Source: an uncultured Verrucomicrobiae bacterium (GTDB lineage: Bacteria > Verrucomicrobiota > Verrucomicrobiia > Limisphaerales > JAFGQR01). Taken from it: a stretch of DNA of 64,000 nucleotides. The position numbers and the translations under genes were made by a program. Below the pieces are notes generated by a model. It was not told the DNA's origin and ran no database searches. It saw only the letters and a program-made list of their open reading frames with translations. Below, one piece after another: positions 10,701 through 23,230 of this stretch (position 1 is its first letter; each line of letters begins with the position of its first letter). The DNA lies in NCBI GenBank assembly GCA_963788655.1, contig CAWBHS010000064.1, forward strand, positions 8,982 through 72,981. The letters run 5' to 3'.

Positions 10701-13700
10701 CCAAGTCGGTGGCGTTCGAGGACAAATTCAGCGGACTGGACAACGTTAAGTTCACCAATTCATCAATCTCCGGCAGTGAGTCGGCGATAACCGCGACGGT
10801 GAAGCTTTGATTCGTTTCGCCCGGCGCAAAGGTCAGCGTACCGTTGGTGGAGACGTAATCCAGATATTCGGGGGGTGTGCCGGCCTGCGCGGAGCCGTCA
10901 GTCGTCTCGAAATGCACCGACACCGGGATGTTGGTGTTACCAAAACGCCGCACGTTGATGACGGCTTCCCCGCCACTTTCGACCACGGAGAATTCCGCGT
11001 CGGCGAAGGTCAGGCCCACTTCGTCATCCACAATCTCGAGCAGGGCCGAACCCGGCGTGCCAATGATCGCCCCGCCGGTGGGTTGGGAGAGCAGCAGGCC
11101 AACCGTTTCAATGTTCTGAACGTTGGTGTCGTTAATCAGCGGTACCGTAAACGTCTTGAACGTTTCCCCGTTCGTAAAGCTCAGCACGTTGGACACGCTG
11201 AGGTAGCGCAATCCCGGCGCGGCGGTGCCGCCGCTGGTTTGGTAGGTCACGAGGACGTTGCTGAGACTGCCGCCTACCCGTTCGACGCCAATGACCGCCG
11301 CCCCCGCATTCTCACTGGTGCGGAAGACCGCCGAGGCGAAGCGGAAGGTGCCGTTGCTGTCGTCGTCCAGAATGGTCACCATCCCAAGGTTCTGCCCCAC
11401 GGTGGCACCGCCCGTGGGATTGGACAATTGGATGAAGAAGGTCTGGTCGCCTTCGATGGCGGTTTCGTTGATGATCCCGATCGAAAAGGTTTTGTTGGTT
11501 TCGCCGTCGGCAAAAGTCAACACGCCGGTCGTCCCGACATACTTGACGCCGGAACGGGCCGTGCCGTTGAGGGTGGCAAACCGGGCCGACACCACGCCGG
11601 AGGAACCGTTGGTGCGGATCACCGAAACGGTCATCAATCCGCCGGGCACATTTTCATTCACATAGAAACTGTTGGTCGCCAGGGTCAAAACGCCAGGCCC
11701 GGTTTCGTCATCGATCCGGGTCAACACCGCGTGGTCCAAACCCAGTGCCGCGGGGCCCGTGACATTCGACAGAACCAGGGAAATAGTCCGGTTCCCTTCC
11801 AGGACTCCTTCATCGAGGATCGGCACGTCGAAGGTCTGAACGTTCACCAACGGGTTGAACACCAACGTGGCCGCGACCGGGACGTAGTGCAGGAACGGCA
11901 CGGCGGTGCCGTTGGTGGTGGTCGCATAGTCCACGGTCACGCGATTGTTGTTGCCGCCGTGGCGCACCACGCTGATGCGCGCGGAGGCATTGCCACCTTC
12001 GGCGACGGTGAACGTCGGCGCGCTGAAGCTGATCACGCTGTCGTTGTCCACGATGTCGGCCACCGCGATGGTTGGCTGGCCCAGCGTGGCGCCGCCGGTT
12101 TCACCGTAAAGGATGACGGCGAAATTCCGCGGAGCATTGGTGACCATATTGTCGATGATGGAAATGGGAATGACCTTGAAACTTTCCGCCGGAGCGAAGT
12201 TCAAGACGCCGTTGGTGCCCACGTAATCCCGCCCAGCCACGGCGGTGTTGTCCAAGGTGGTGAAAGTCACGGAGGCAGCCCCCGCCGTGCCGCCGGAACG
12301 CACCACCGTCAGCCACAGATTGGTGGCGTCTTCGGTGACCGAGTAATTGGCCGCGCCGAACTGGAAGCTGCCCGCGCCAGTGCCGGCCCCATTGAAGACC
12401 CTTGCCAAGGCAATGCGCACCTGGCCGTTGAATTCCGTGAAGCCGCCACCCACCACCACGTTGCCGTTGTAATCCTGCCGCAACACGGCATTGATGTAAT
12501 TGTTGGCGCCGGTGCCAAAACCAATGGTCGGATCGAGCGATCCGTCCGGATTCAGCCGCGCCAGGCGATTGCGCAGCAGGCCATTGTAAGTGGTGAAGGC
12601 GCCGCCGATGATGAGTTTGCCATCCGGCTGTACGGCGATCGAACTCACGTAATCGTCCGGCCCACTCTCCTGGGTATAAAGCCCGAAGGTGAAATCCAGC
12701 ATGCCGGCAGCGTCCAAGCGGGCGATCCGTGGGATCGGGATGCCGGCAATCGAAGTGAACGACCCGCCGATCACGATCCGGCCGTCAGTCATCACCACGA
12801 TCGATTCCACGGGACCATTGGGAGCACCCAATGGAGGGGAAGGAATTGTCCACGCTGCCGTCGGCGTTCAACCGGACGAGGTATGGTCGGCTGACTCCGT
12901 TCATCGTGGTGAAGTCGCCGCCCACGAGCACTTGGCCATTGCTTTGGAGCGCCACGGTTTTTACCGTGCCGTTCGCGCCGGTGCCCGGCGCAAAGGTGGT
13001 GTCCACCGTGCCGTTGGCATTCATGCGGGCAATGCCGTTGCGGCTGGCGCCATAGACGGTGCTGAACACGCCGCCAATGACCAGTTTGCCATCGGGTTGA
13101 AGGGCCATGGTGGTCACCATGCCGTTCGGACCCACACCCGGATTATACGTCTGATCCAGCAGGCCATCCTGCGTCAAACGCGCCAGGTACGGACGGGCGA
13201 AGGTGTCGAAGTTGGTAAAGGCGCCGCCAATGATGACTTTGCCGTCCGGCTGTACCGCCACAGCGCGCACCACGCCGCCGGCTCCCGCGCCAAGCTTGAA
13301 GGTTTGGTCCAGGGTACCGTCCAGGTTCAAACGGGCGATATTGTTTAGCGGGCTGACACCCACCAGCGAATTGAAATCACCACCCACGATGATCTTGCCC
13401 ACCACGGCGGCTTGCGTCCGGTTGGTGTACGTAGCCAGCGCATAAACGACGTCGTTGAACGTTCCGCTGGGATAAAAGTTTGAATCCACGCCACCGTCGC
13501 TGCTCAGGACGGCAATCCGGCCGCGCGGTTCGCCGTTCATCCGGGTGAATTCGCCGCCCACCACAATCCGGTTGTCCACGAAAACCCCGGTGCCCACGGT
13601 CAGGGAATAATCCCAGAAGGCAAACGGCGCGACCCTGCCTTCGTTGATGACCACGGTCACGAGCGTTGAGAGGCCGGGGCCAAAGTTGACGACCGCCTGA

Positions 13701-16700
13701 CCGGAACCCTGGGTCGTCAAGTCATAGAGCAATATCCCCTGGTAATAGAGGCGCAGGTTGTTGCTGGCGAAGTAAAAGTTGTAGTCGATGGTGAGGGTGC
13801 CACTCGTCGCCCCGGTATCCACGGTCAACCGGTCTTCCGATCCCGAGCCAGACGATTGGCGATTCACGGTAAAGAAAGACGGCACCCGCGCCAGCGTCAC
13901 GGCATGAACCGGCGCGTTGGCTCCGGTGCCCACGGTCAAATTTACATCGACGGAACCGTCCGGATTGAAGCGGCCAATTCCCGAGGAGTCATTACCGTTA
14001 AGCCGGGCAAACGCGCCCCCCACCAGAATCTTGCCATCGTTTTGGACCCTGAGGGAATTGATCGGCGCATCCGCGCCGGTGCCCGGATCGAACGTCAAGT
14101 CCACGGTGGCGTCGGGATTCAACCGGACAATGTGATTGCGCGGCACGCCGTTGAACGTTTGGAAGTCGCCGGCCACAATGATCCGGCCATCGGGTTGCAC
14201 GGCCACCGCCCGCACCGCCGCATCCGCGCCCACACCGGGATTAAAGGATACGTCCAGGGATCCGTCCGCGTTCAACCGCGCCAAGCGCGGCAGAAAGATG
14301 TCGTCCACCGCGAGAAAATCACCGCCGATGATGATCTGGCCATTATCCTGACGGGCCAGGGCGTACACCGTGCGATTGGCGCCCACTCCGACATCAAACG
14401 TGGTGTCGAGTGTGCCGTCGCCATTGAGGCGGGCGACCCGGCCTCGGCTCTGCCCGTTGACCAAGGTGAAATCGCCGGCCATAAGAATCTGGCGGTCAGC
14501 CGGCGATCCCACGACAATCGTTCCCTGGTAGCGCCAGGAAATGCCATTGGTGGTGCGCTCGTTGACGGTGATGATCAGGTCGGTGGCCAGGCCGGGGCCG
14601 AAAGTCACTTGCGCCGAACCGGTCACGGTATTGGTACCGACAAAGACGTTGGTTTGGTAGATGACCGCGTTGTCGTAATAAATCTGCAGGTCGTTAAAGA
14701 TGCCCGTGACGTTGGTCGCCAGGTTGGTGGCATTGTAACCGTCGAACGTGAAGTTGATGCTCACGGTTCCAGCGTTGGCACCGACCGCGACAGTGTTGGT
14801 GTCGCTGTTCTGGACGCCTTGAGTGGAAAACCGCGAGAAATTCACCGTGGGCAACGGTTCAAGCGCGAGCGCGTACACCGGTCCGTTGGCGCCGTTGGTA
14901 AAACTGAATCCCGACACGGGTTCGCCGTTCGTTTCCAGCACAGCCACCCGGCCGAATCGTTGACCGTTGAAGTTGGTAAAGTTCCCGCCCACGACCACGG
15001 GACCATTGCTGCTGACGGCCACGGCATACACTGACCGGTCAAAACCCGTACCCAAGTCGAAGGTCCGATCGACCGTGCCGTCGGTATTCAGCCGGGCCAA
15101 ACGGTTGACCGCCAAACCGTGCATCAAGGTGAAATCACCGCCCGCGTAAAGCTGCTGTCGCTGGTCGAAGGCCACGGCATACACGGTATCGTTTGCCCCG
15201 AAGTTCGCGTTGAACGTCGCGTCCACCCCCCCGGGAACGGGGGCAACGGTTTCGTTGTCCAGCACCGTAACGACGGTGTTCGAGGGGAATTCCAGGTGCG
15301 CGTTAATACCGACGGCATTCGTCAGCGCCAGGAAAATGGTTTTGTCCGGATTGAGCTGCGTATTGTCAATGATCGTCAGCTCGAAGGTTTTCGGGGCGAG
15401 GTCGTTGGAAGCCCAGTTCAGCACTCCCGTAGCCGGCACGTAGTCCAGACCGCCAATCGCTGTGCCGCCCGGCACGGTCGAATACGTTACGGAAACGTCG
15501 TTGCTGGCGATACCTTTGCGCACCACGGTGACGGTGAGGTTGGTGGCGTTTTCGTTCACGGCGTAGGCATCGGCGGAGAAGCTCAGCGTGGTGTCCTCGC
15601 TGGCGATGGTCATCACCGCATTGGACAAGCTCAGGAAGGCATTGCCGGCGGGTTGAGGATTGCTGAGCACCAGATTGACGGTTTCATCGGGTTCGCCCAA
15701 ATCGTCGTTGATCAGCGGGACGGTAAAAGCCTTGGTCGATTCGTTCTCGTCCAGAGTCAAGATGCCGCTCACGCCCGTGTAATCCTGACCGGCCAGCGCC
15801 GTGCCGTCCTCGGTGTGGTAGGCAATCGTCACCTGGCCGCGGCGGCTGTTGGTGCGGGTCACGGTGATCACCGCAAACCCATCCACTTCGCTGACCAGGA
15901 AATTATTGGTAGCGAAGCCAATGAAACTGGGCGCAATTTCATCGTCGATGATGGTCAGCACCGCGTTGGTTTCCCCGAGCGTGGCGCCCCCGGTGGGATT
16001 AGACAGGGTCAAGTTAACCGTGCGATCGGTGTTGGTGATGGTGTTGTTGATGACGGGCACCATGAAGGTCTTCATCGTTTCGCCGTCGCCAAATGCCAGC
16101 ACACCGTCGGACCCCACGTAATCCAGACCGGCCCGAGCCGTGCCATTGCTCGTAGCGTAATGCACCGACACGATGCCGTTGAAGCCATTGCGGCGGATGA
16201 CGGTGATCACCGCGTTGGTGGCGTCTTCCATGACCACGTAGTTGGTGGTGCCGAAGGCGAGCACGCCGGCGGCAAAATCGTCGTCCACGATCGTCAACGT
16301 CGCGTTGCTGATCGCCAGACTGGCGATGTTGGTGGGGAACGCATTGGTCAAGGTCAGCACCACGGTTTCGTCGCCCTCGACCAGGGTGTCGGCCACAATG
16401 GGAACAAACAGGGTTTTGTTGGTTTCGCCGGGCACAAATTGGACGAGCGTGGGCGGGACGTTCGAGTAATCGAGGCCCGCGGTGGCGGTACCGGTCGCGG
16501 CCGTGGCAAAGGTGGCTTCCACGGCACTGTTGGTGGCGCCGGCGCGCACGAACGTGATGGCGGCAAAGTGGCTTTGCACGTTCTCATTCACGCTGAACGT
16601 CTGGTTCTCGAAGCCAATCGCCGAATCATCGCTGGCAATCGTTACCGTGGCCCGTGGCTGAGCGCCCACCGCCACACCAATCGGATCGTTCAGGAACAGT

Positions 16701-19700
16701 TCGACGGTTTCCGGCGCTTCCACCAGGCTGTCGTCGATGATCGGGACGACGAAGGATTGGAACGTTTCGCCTTGCGGGAAATTAAGCCGTTGCACCATCG
16801 GCGTATAATCCACGCCGCCTTCGGCCGTGCCGTTTTGCGTATAGACTTCCACCGAGACCTCGCCGGCGGTGCCGCCGCGGCGTTGCACCGACACCGCAGC
16901 GAATCCGTCGCTCTCGTTCACGTCGTAATTAAACCGGCTGTATTCCAGCGCGCCGGACCCGGCAATCGAACCGCCGTGCAGGCGCGCGATGCGGTTGCGC
17001 GTTTTGCTCTGCACTTCCGTGAAGCCGCCGCCGATCACAATCTTGCGATCCGGCTGGACCAGCAACGCCGCCACAAAGCCGTTGGCCCCGGCGCCGAAAT
17101 TGATCGAGGGATCGGTCGAACCGTCTTCGTTCAACCGGGTCAAGCGGTTGCGGGTCACCCCGTGGAACCGGGTGAAATTCCCGGCCACCAGCAACTTGCC
17201 GTCCGCCTGCACCGCCAGCGCGTACACCACGTCGTTGCCGCCCAATTCGCCATTCAAATACGCCGTGTCCAGGGAGCCGTTCGCGTTGAGGCGGGCGAGG
17301 TAATTTCGCGCCACCCCGTTGAAGTTGGTAAAGGAGCCGCCAATGAGAATCTTGCCGTCGGACTGCACCAGGATGGCGCGCACGGTGCCGCTGGCATCGG
17401 TGCCGGAGCCCGGATCAAAGCTGGGGTCCAACGAGCCATCCGCATTCAGCCGGGCGATGTGACTGCGGTTGGTGTTGTTGACCACGGTGAAGTCGCCGCC
17501 CAGCAGCACCTTCCCGTCCGGTTGCACGGCCAGGGCATAAACGGCGCCGTTCGGGCCGGCGCCGACATTGAACTCAGTGTTCAAGGTGCCATTGGTATTG
17601 ACGCGGGCGAGGTACGGCCGGGAGACACCGTTGTAGAGCGTAAAGGAGCCGCCGACCAGCAGCCGGCCATCCGTTTGTTGCGCCAGGGCGAACACGGGAT
17701 TATCCGCCCCCGCTCCCGGATTGAAGAAAGCGTCCACGGTGCCGTCCGGATTGAGTCGCGCCAAGTGGCTGCGATTGGTATTGGCGACGGTCGCGAAGAA
17801 GCCGCCAATCACAATCCGGCCATCGGGTTGCAGGAGCATCGCCCGGATCGGGGCGTCGGGACCGGTGCCGGCGTTGAAGATCCCGTCCAGATTGGCCTCG
17901 GAGTTCAGCCGTGCGATCCGGTGCCGGGGGATCTGGTTGACGCGGGTAAAGTCGCCCGCCATGAGCATTTTGCCGTCCGGTTGCAGAGCCAGCGCATACA
18001 CCGGCGCGTCCGCCCCGATGGCGCCGTTCTCGTTGAAGGTGGTGTCGAGCGAACCGGCGGGAATGGCGCTGGATTCGTTGTCAATTATGGTCAAGAAAGC
18101 GGTTGCCGGATTGGTGAGCATGGCGCCCCCGAGAACGTTGGTCAGGACCAGCCGCAGGTCACGGTCGCCATCAATGTTGGCGTTGTCCTTGAGTTGCACG
18201 CTGAAATTGGCGCTGACCTGGCCGTTGGTGAACACCAAAGTGCCGCTGGAAGCGTAGTAGTCGTAACCTGCCACGGCGCTGTCGTCGGCCGTGGTGTAAT
18301 CAACCTGCACCGTGCCGGCAATGCCGCCGGTTCGCACCACGGTGATGATGGCGTTGGTGCCGTTTTCATCCGCCACGTATCGCGGGGAGTTGAAGCCCAG
18401 ACCGCCGTACGCGTCGTCATCGGTAATCGTCAAGGTGGCCGTATCCCGGTTGCCCAGCGCCACCGGATTGTTGGTGCCCGCCACGAAGGGATTGAGCAGG
18501 CGTAAATTGACCGTCAACGGCCCGGTGACCAGCCCGTCGTGGCGCAGGGGTATGTCAACCGTCTTGGGCGAGGAATCCGAATTGGCCCAAACCAATTCCT
18601 GGGTCACGGCCTGGAAGTTGGTGCCTGCCACGGCAGTGCCGTTGGTCGCCACCATGGTAACGCGCATTTCGGTCTGGTTGCCGCCGGTGCGGGTGACGAC
18701 CACGTGCGCCACTTGGGCGTTCTCGTTGGTTTGATAGCTGGTTTGGCTGAAATTCAGCCGGCCCGGCTTGAAGTCGTCATCGATGATGATCAACGTGGCA
18801 TTTTCCGTAGCCGTGGCCGGTCCTGGGTAGATCGTGGCCCCCCCCGTGGCATTGGTCAGCAGCAGCCGGATGTTCTCATCGAACTCGACCATGGTGTCGT
18901 TAAAGATGGGAATGGTGAACGTGCGGCTGGTCTGGCCGGACAGGAACGTCAGGGTGCTGTGGGTGGGCGTGTAATCGGCCCCCGGCGTCGCGGTGGTCAA
19001 CGGTGAGCTGTCTTCGGTGTAATAATCGACATTGACGGTGCCGCTGCTGCCGTTGGTGCGGATAACCGTGATGGTCGCCCGAATGCCATTCTCGTTCACT
19101 GTGAAAATCGGCTGGTTGAACGTAAAGGAGCCGCGGCTGAAATCGTTATCGACGATGCGCACCTCGGAATAGGTGCGGGCCAGGCCGACGCCCAGCGGCA
19201 CGTACTCACCGCCGAGATCCAAACTGCCGGCCGGATCGAAGAAGCCCAAATCAAAGGAGTGATCGCCTTCGATGATGTCCTCATCCAGGATGCCCACATT
19301 CAAATAATTTAAGCCCACGAAACCCACTTGCCGGGGTGCCACGTAGGCATACTCCGGCCAGATGGAATTGGTATCCACGGCCTCGTAATGAACGCCGGCG
19401 ATGGCCAACCGGTTCGTGCTGCCCAAGTCCGCCGCCGCCGTGCCCAACCGGCCATCAATCCGGTGCAGGGTCACCGCCAGGTTGCCGGCGTTCTCGTCGA
19501 TCGAGTAATCGCTGGTGATGAATTCGACGTTGCCCGGACCTTGCGGGCCATTGGCCGTCACAGTGATGTTGGTGGAATTGGTGGTGGTAACGGTGCGGCT
19601 GGTCACGCCCCAGGTGCCAATGAGGTGGGCGACGTTGTAACGGGCGATCTTGTCCGCCCGGCCCCAGGGAAGTTGGCCCAGGCGGTTGAAGGGGCTGGCG

Positions 19701-22700
19701 ATGTTGTTGACTTCAAACGCCATATTCCCGCCGAGGTTGGTGAAGGAACCGCCAATGATGATGTTGCCGTTGGTTTCCAGAGAGATCGAATTGATGTAGT
19801 GCGGCGCTTCGTAGAAGTTCTTGCGGTTCAGTCCGGCAAATTGGTTGAACGCGGTATCCATGAAGCCCGTATCCAACGCGCCCGTAGTGAACAACCGCGC
19901 CAGCCCCATGCGACGGGTCTGGTTGTAACTGGTGAAAATGCCACCGATCAGCGGCTTCATGTCCGGCTGAAGCGCAATGCTGTACACCACGTCGTCAAAA
20001 CCGGCGCCCGGATCAAACGTTCGATCCACCGTCCCGTCCGAATTCAGTCGCGCAATGGAATTCAGCGTTACGAAATCAAAGTCGGTAAAGGCGCCGCCGA
20101 CCAGCAGCTTGCCGTCGGGTTGCACCGCCACAGTATAGACGGAGTTGTTGGCTCCGGCGCCGGGATTGAAGGTCGGATCCAGCGAGCCGTCGTCTCGCAA
20201 ACGCGCCACGCCAAAACGCACCTGGCCGTCGAAGGAGGTAAAATCACCGCCAACAAAAATGGTGCGTTGCTCAATGACGGGCGTAATGCTGGCTTTGTAG
20301 CTCCAGGCCGTACCGGGGATGCCCTGTCCTTCATTCATGATGATGGTGACCTGACTGGAGTTGCCGGGACCATAAGGCAGCACCAACCGGCCGACGCCGG
20401 ACAGTGACTGGTCCAGCAGGCGTTGCCCGTCGTAGTACACTCGAATGAGGTCAGGGATGGTCAGAAAATCGTAGTCAATGGTCACGACGCCCTGATTGGC
20501 ACCGGTTTCAATGACGTTCACATCCTCGAACTCATTGCCCTCGGCCACCCGCGGCGAAAAAATGGGAACGGGAAAATCCCGCACTTTGACGGACCAGATG
20601 GCGCCGTCGGCGCCGTCGCCCGCATTGAAGGTTGGGTCCAGGCTGCCGTCTTCGTAGAGTCGCGCAAGGTGATTGCGGTGCTGGCCGTTGAACGTGGTGA
20701 AGTCGCCGGCCACCAGGATCTTCCCATCCAGTTGTACCGCCACAGAGAGCACCGGACCATTAGCGCCCAGACCGGGATTGAACGTGGGATCCAGCGCGCC
20801 GTTACTCAGGACGCGGGCAATCCCATTGCGTTGATACCCGTTGTAGGAGGTGAAACCACCGCCCAGGTAAATCGAATCAAGATTGGCGGTTACAGTGTTC
20901 GTCACGTTCGCGGGATACAATGCAATGGCCGCCACAAAACCGTCGGCGCCGGTACCGGGATTGAAGGTGGGATCGAGGAAGCCGTTGGCAAAGAGGCGCG
21001 CGACGCGATTGCGCGGCTCCGCGTTATAGGAGATGAATTCGCCACCAATCAGCGTCTTCTGGTCCGGCTGCACAACCGTGGCATAGACGGTATTGTTGGC
21101 GCCCGGAACCTGGTTAAACGGCGGGGTGGAATAGGTGACATCCGATGGATTCCATTCCCGGTCGGCGGCGCCGGGCGGTTGTTCGTCATAGAGGATCGTG
21201 AGATTAGCGTAAGGATTGGGGCCCAGGGGACGGCCATGAGCAAGGTGCAGCCAGAGTTGAACGTCCTCGTTGAATTCAACAGTCGAGTCGTCCAAGCAAA
21301 CCAAAGTGACCTGCCGCGAGGAGGTACGATCATCAAACGAAAGGACGACCGAGGTGGGCAAGTAATCCTGCGGATTGATCAAGGTCGGGGAACCGTCCGT
21401 GACCGGGGTGTTGGGAAACTGGTATTCATTGGCATCCGCGTAATCGGAGCCTTCGTCGGGCACCAACAGACCGTAACCGTTCCACGTGCTCAACGTCACA
21501 TCCACGTTGCCGCCTCCGGCGCCGGGCAAAATCACCGTGACGGTAATCGAATTCTGACCAGAACCGCTCCCGGAGTACTCGTTCATCCGGTAGTGGGCGC
21601 GTTCAATGCTGAAGCCGCCGACCACGTTGGTGCCACTGAGAACGCCATTGTCGATTTCCACGACGCCCAAAATGGCCTGACTGTTGGTCCCCAGCACGGG
21701 TTGGATGATATTGGGATCCTCTTCAGGGGCGGGACGTGGATTGGCCAACACGAGCGGAACGAGGCGGTTTACGTTGGTCAACGTAAGCGCGCCGTAGTAG
21801 CCATAACCGACCGGAACGATAAAGTTGGTGCTCATCTGGTAGTCGTCAAACACCAGGGTGCCGCTGACGGGGGTGTAGTCGTAGAGTTCATCGGCCAAGA
21901 CCATGTCCTGGGCGTTGAGGAACGCGTAGCTGGAAATGAGAAAGCTCAAGTCAAACCCATAATAATAGGGATAATAGAAGAAATAATCGATGCCCTCCCA
22001 GTAGGCGAGATCGAGCTTGTTGGTGGTGTAATAATCCACCATCACCCGCCCCCGGGCGCTGCCGGTGCGAGTCACCGTGATCAACTCGCCGGGAATATCC
22101 CGGAAGTTGTTGAAATAGGATCCTTGCTGGTTCCAACGAGAGAGGCCGTCGGAATACTCACTCGTGGTCGCCCGGTAGAACTGCCGGCTGAACTGAATCT
22201 CACCGGCGATGTTCGGCGGCGGGACGGTCTCGTTGTCGATGATCGTCAACCGCGCCGTCCGCTGGGGTCCCAACGTGGCGCCACCGGTCACATTGCTCAG
22301 GCTGAGGTTGACCGTTTTGTTGCTGTTGATGGCGGAATTGTCCACGATCGGCACGGTAAAGCTTTTCACCGTTTCCCCGGATTGAAACACCAGCGTGCCG
22401 TGCGCGTCCACGTAATCAATCCCCTTCAGCCCGGTTCCGTCGCTCGTGGCGTAATCCACGGTCACGGGCCCCGGTGGATTGGTGTTGTTGTAGCCCACCG
22501 TGATGGTGGCAAAACCAGGTGTGTCCTCCTGAACGGTATAATCCGCCAATAAGAACTGCACCTGGTTGGTGGTCGGCACGGCGTTCGTCGAACTGCCCGA
22601 CATGTTCCAATTCAGCACATAAAAGCCTTCGTCGTACATAAACAGGGAATTGCCGGAAAAGCCCATCAGCGCGACGAAGTACTCTTCAAAGGGCGAGGCG

Positions 22701-23164
22701 AAAAAAGTGACGGAACTCGTGCGGTTGGTTGCCGGCAATCCGGGCGGATTGTAGTCGTCATTGGCGCCGACCGGGAAGAGTTGCGCATACGTGGGGGGAT
22801 TGGTGCCGTAGAATGACGACCGCTCATAGACCGCCAGGACCGTATCCCAAGAGGTGCCCACCGTGTCGAACGTGGCGTAGCCTGAGTTGGTGGGAGTCCA
22901 ACGGAACCAGACCGAATTCTGTGCGGTCTGGTACCAGTGCAAGGGTTCACCCACTTCCATGGTGGCCGAAAAATTATCGCCATTGGTCGTGCCCGCGTCT
23001 CCGACCAACTGCCAGGCATTGGTGAGGTAGTCGTTGTTGGCAAATTGCGCCCGCGCATCAAGGCTGGCCAATGGCAGCACGGCCAGGAGGCCAAACCCGA
23101 TCCAGCCGCCGCGAACCCATCCCGGACTCCGGAGCATTTTCAAATGTCTTTCCATTGCGAACAT
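7782..23164 (-). CDS. Giant secreted Calx-beta / delta-60 beta-propeller repeat protein (~5100 aa) with C-terminal P-domain, DUF11 and ~70-aa terminal module; two apparent frameshifts (~12830, ~7887)
   Basis: ORFs 12785..23203 and 7777..12831 join mid-repeat (DNSFPSI/GAPNGPVESIVVMTDGRIVIGG). Signal peptide ...GLLAVLPLASLDARA. Many QPDGKxxxGGxF...ARLNxDGxLDxxF repeats and Calx-beta (V.Y.T.DGTA..G.DY...GTL.F..GET) repeats. Removing one base at ~7887 gives the C-terminus WSPVATPSVVEDGWNVVRLPVSSGVHAYYRLEMVP*. Start codon uncertain (23203/23164/23155). Confidence 0.85.
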
Positions 23165-23230
23165 ATTAATTCTTCCAAAAAAACTGATTAAATCCGTCAG
23201 CACCGGCCGATCGCCAAGCCCGTCTGCGGT

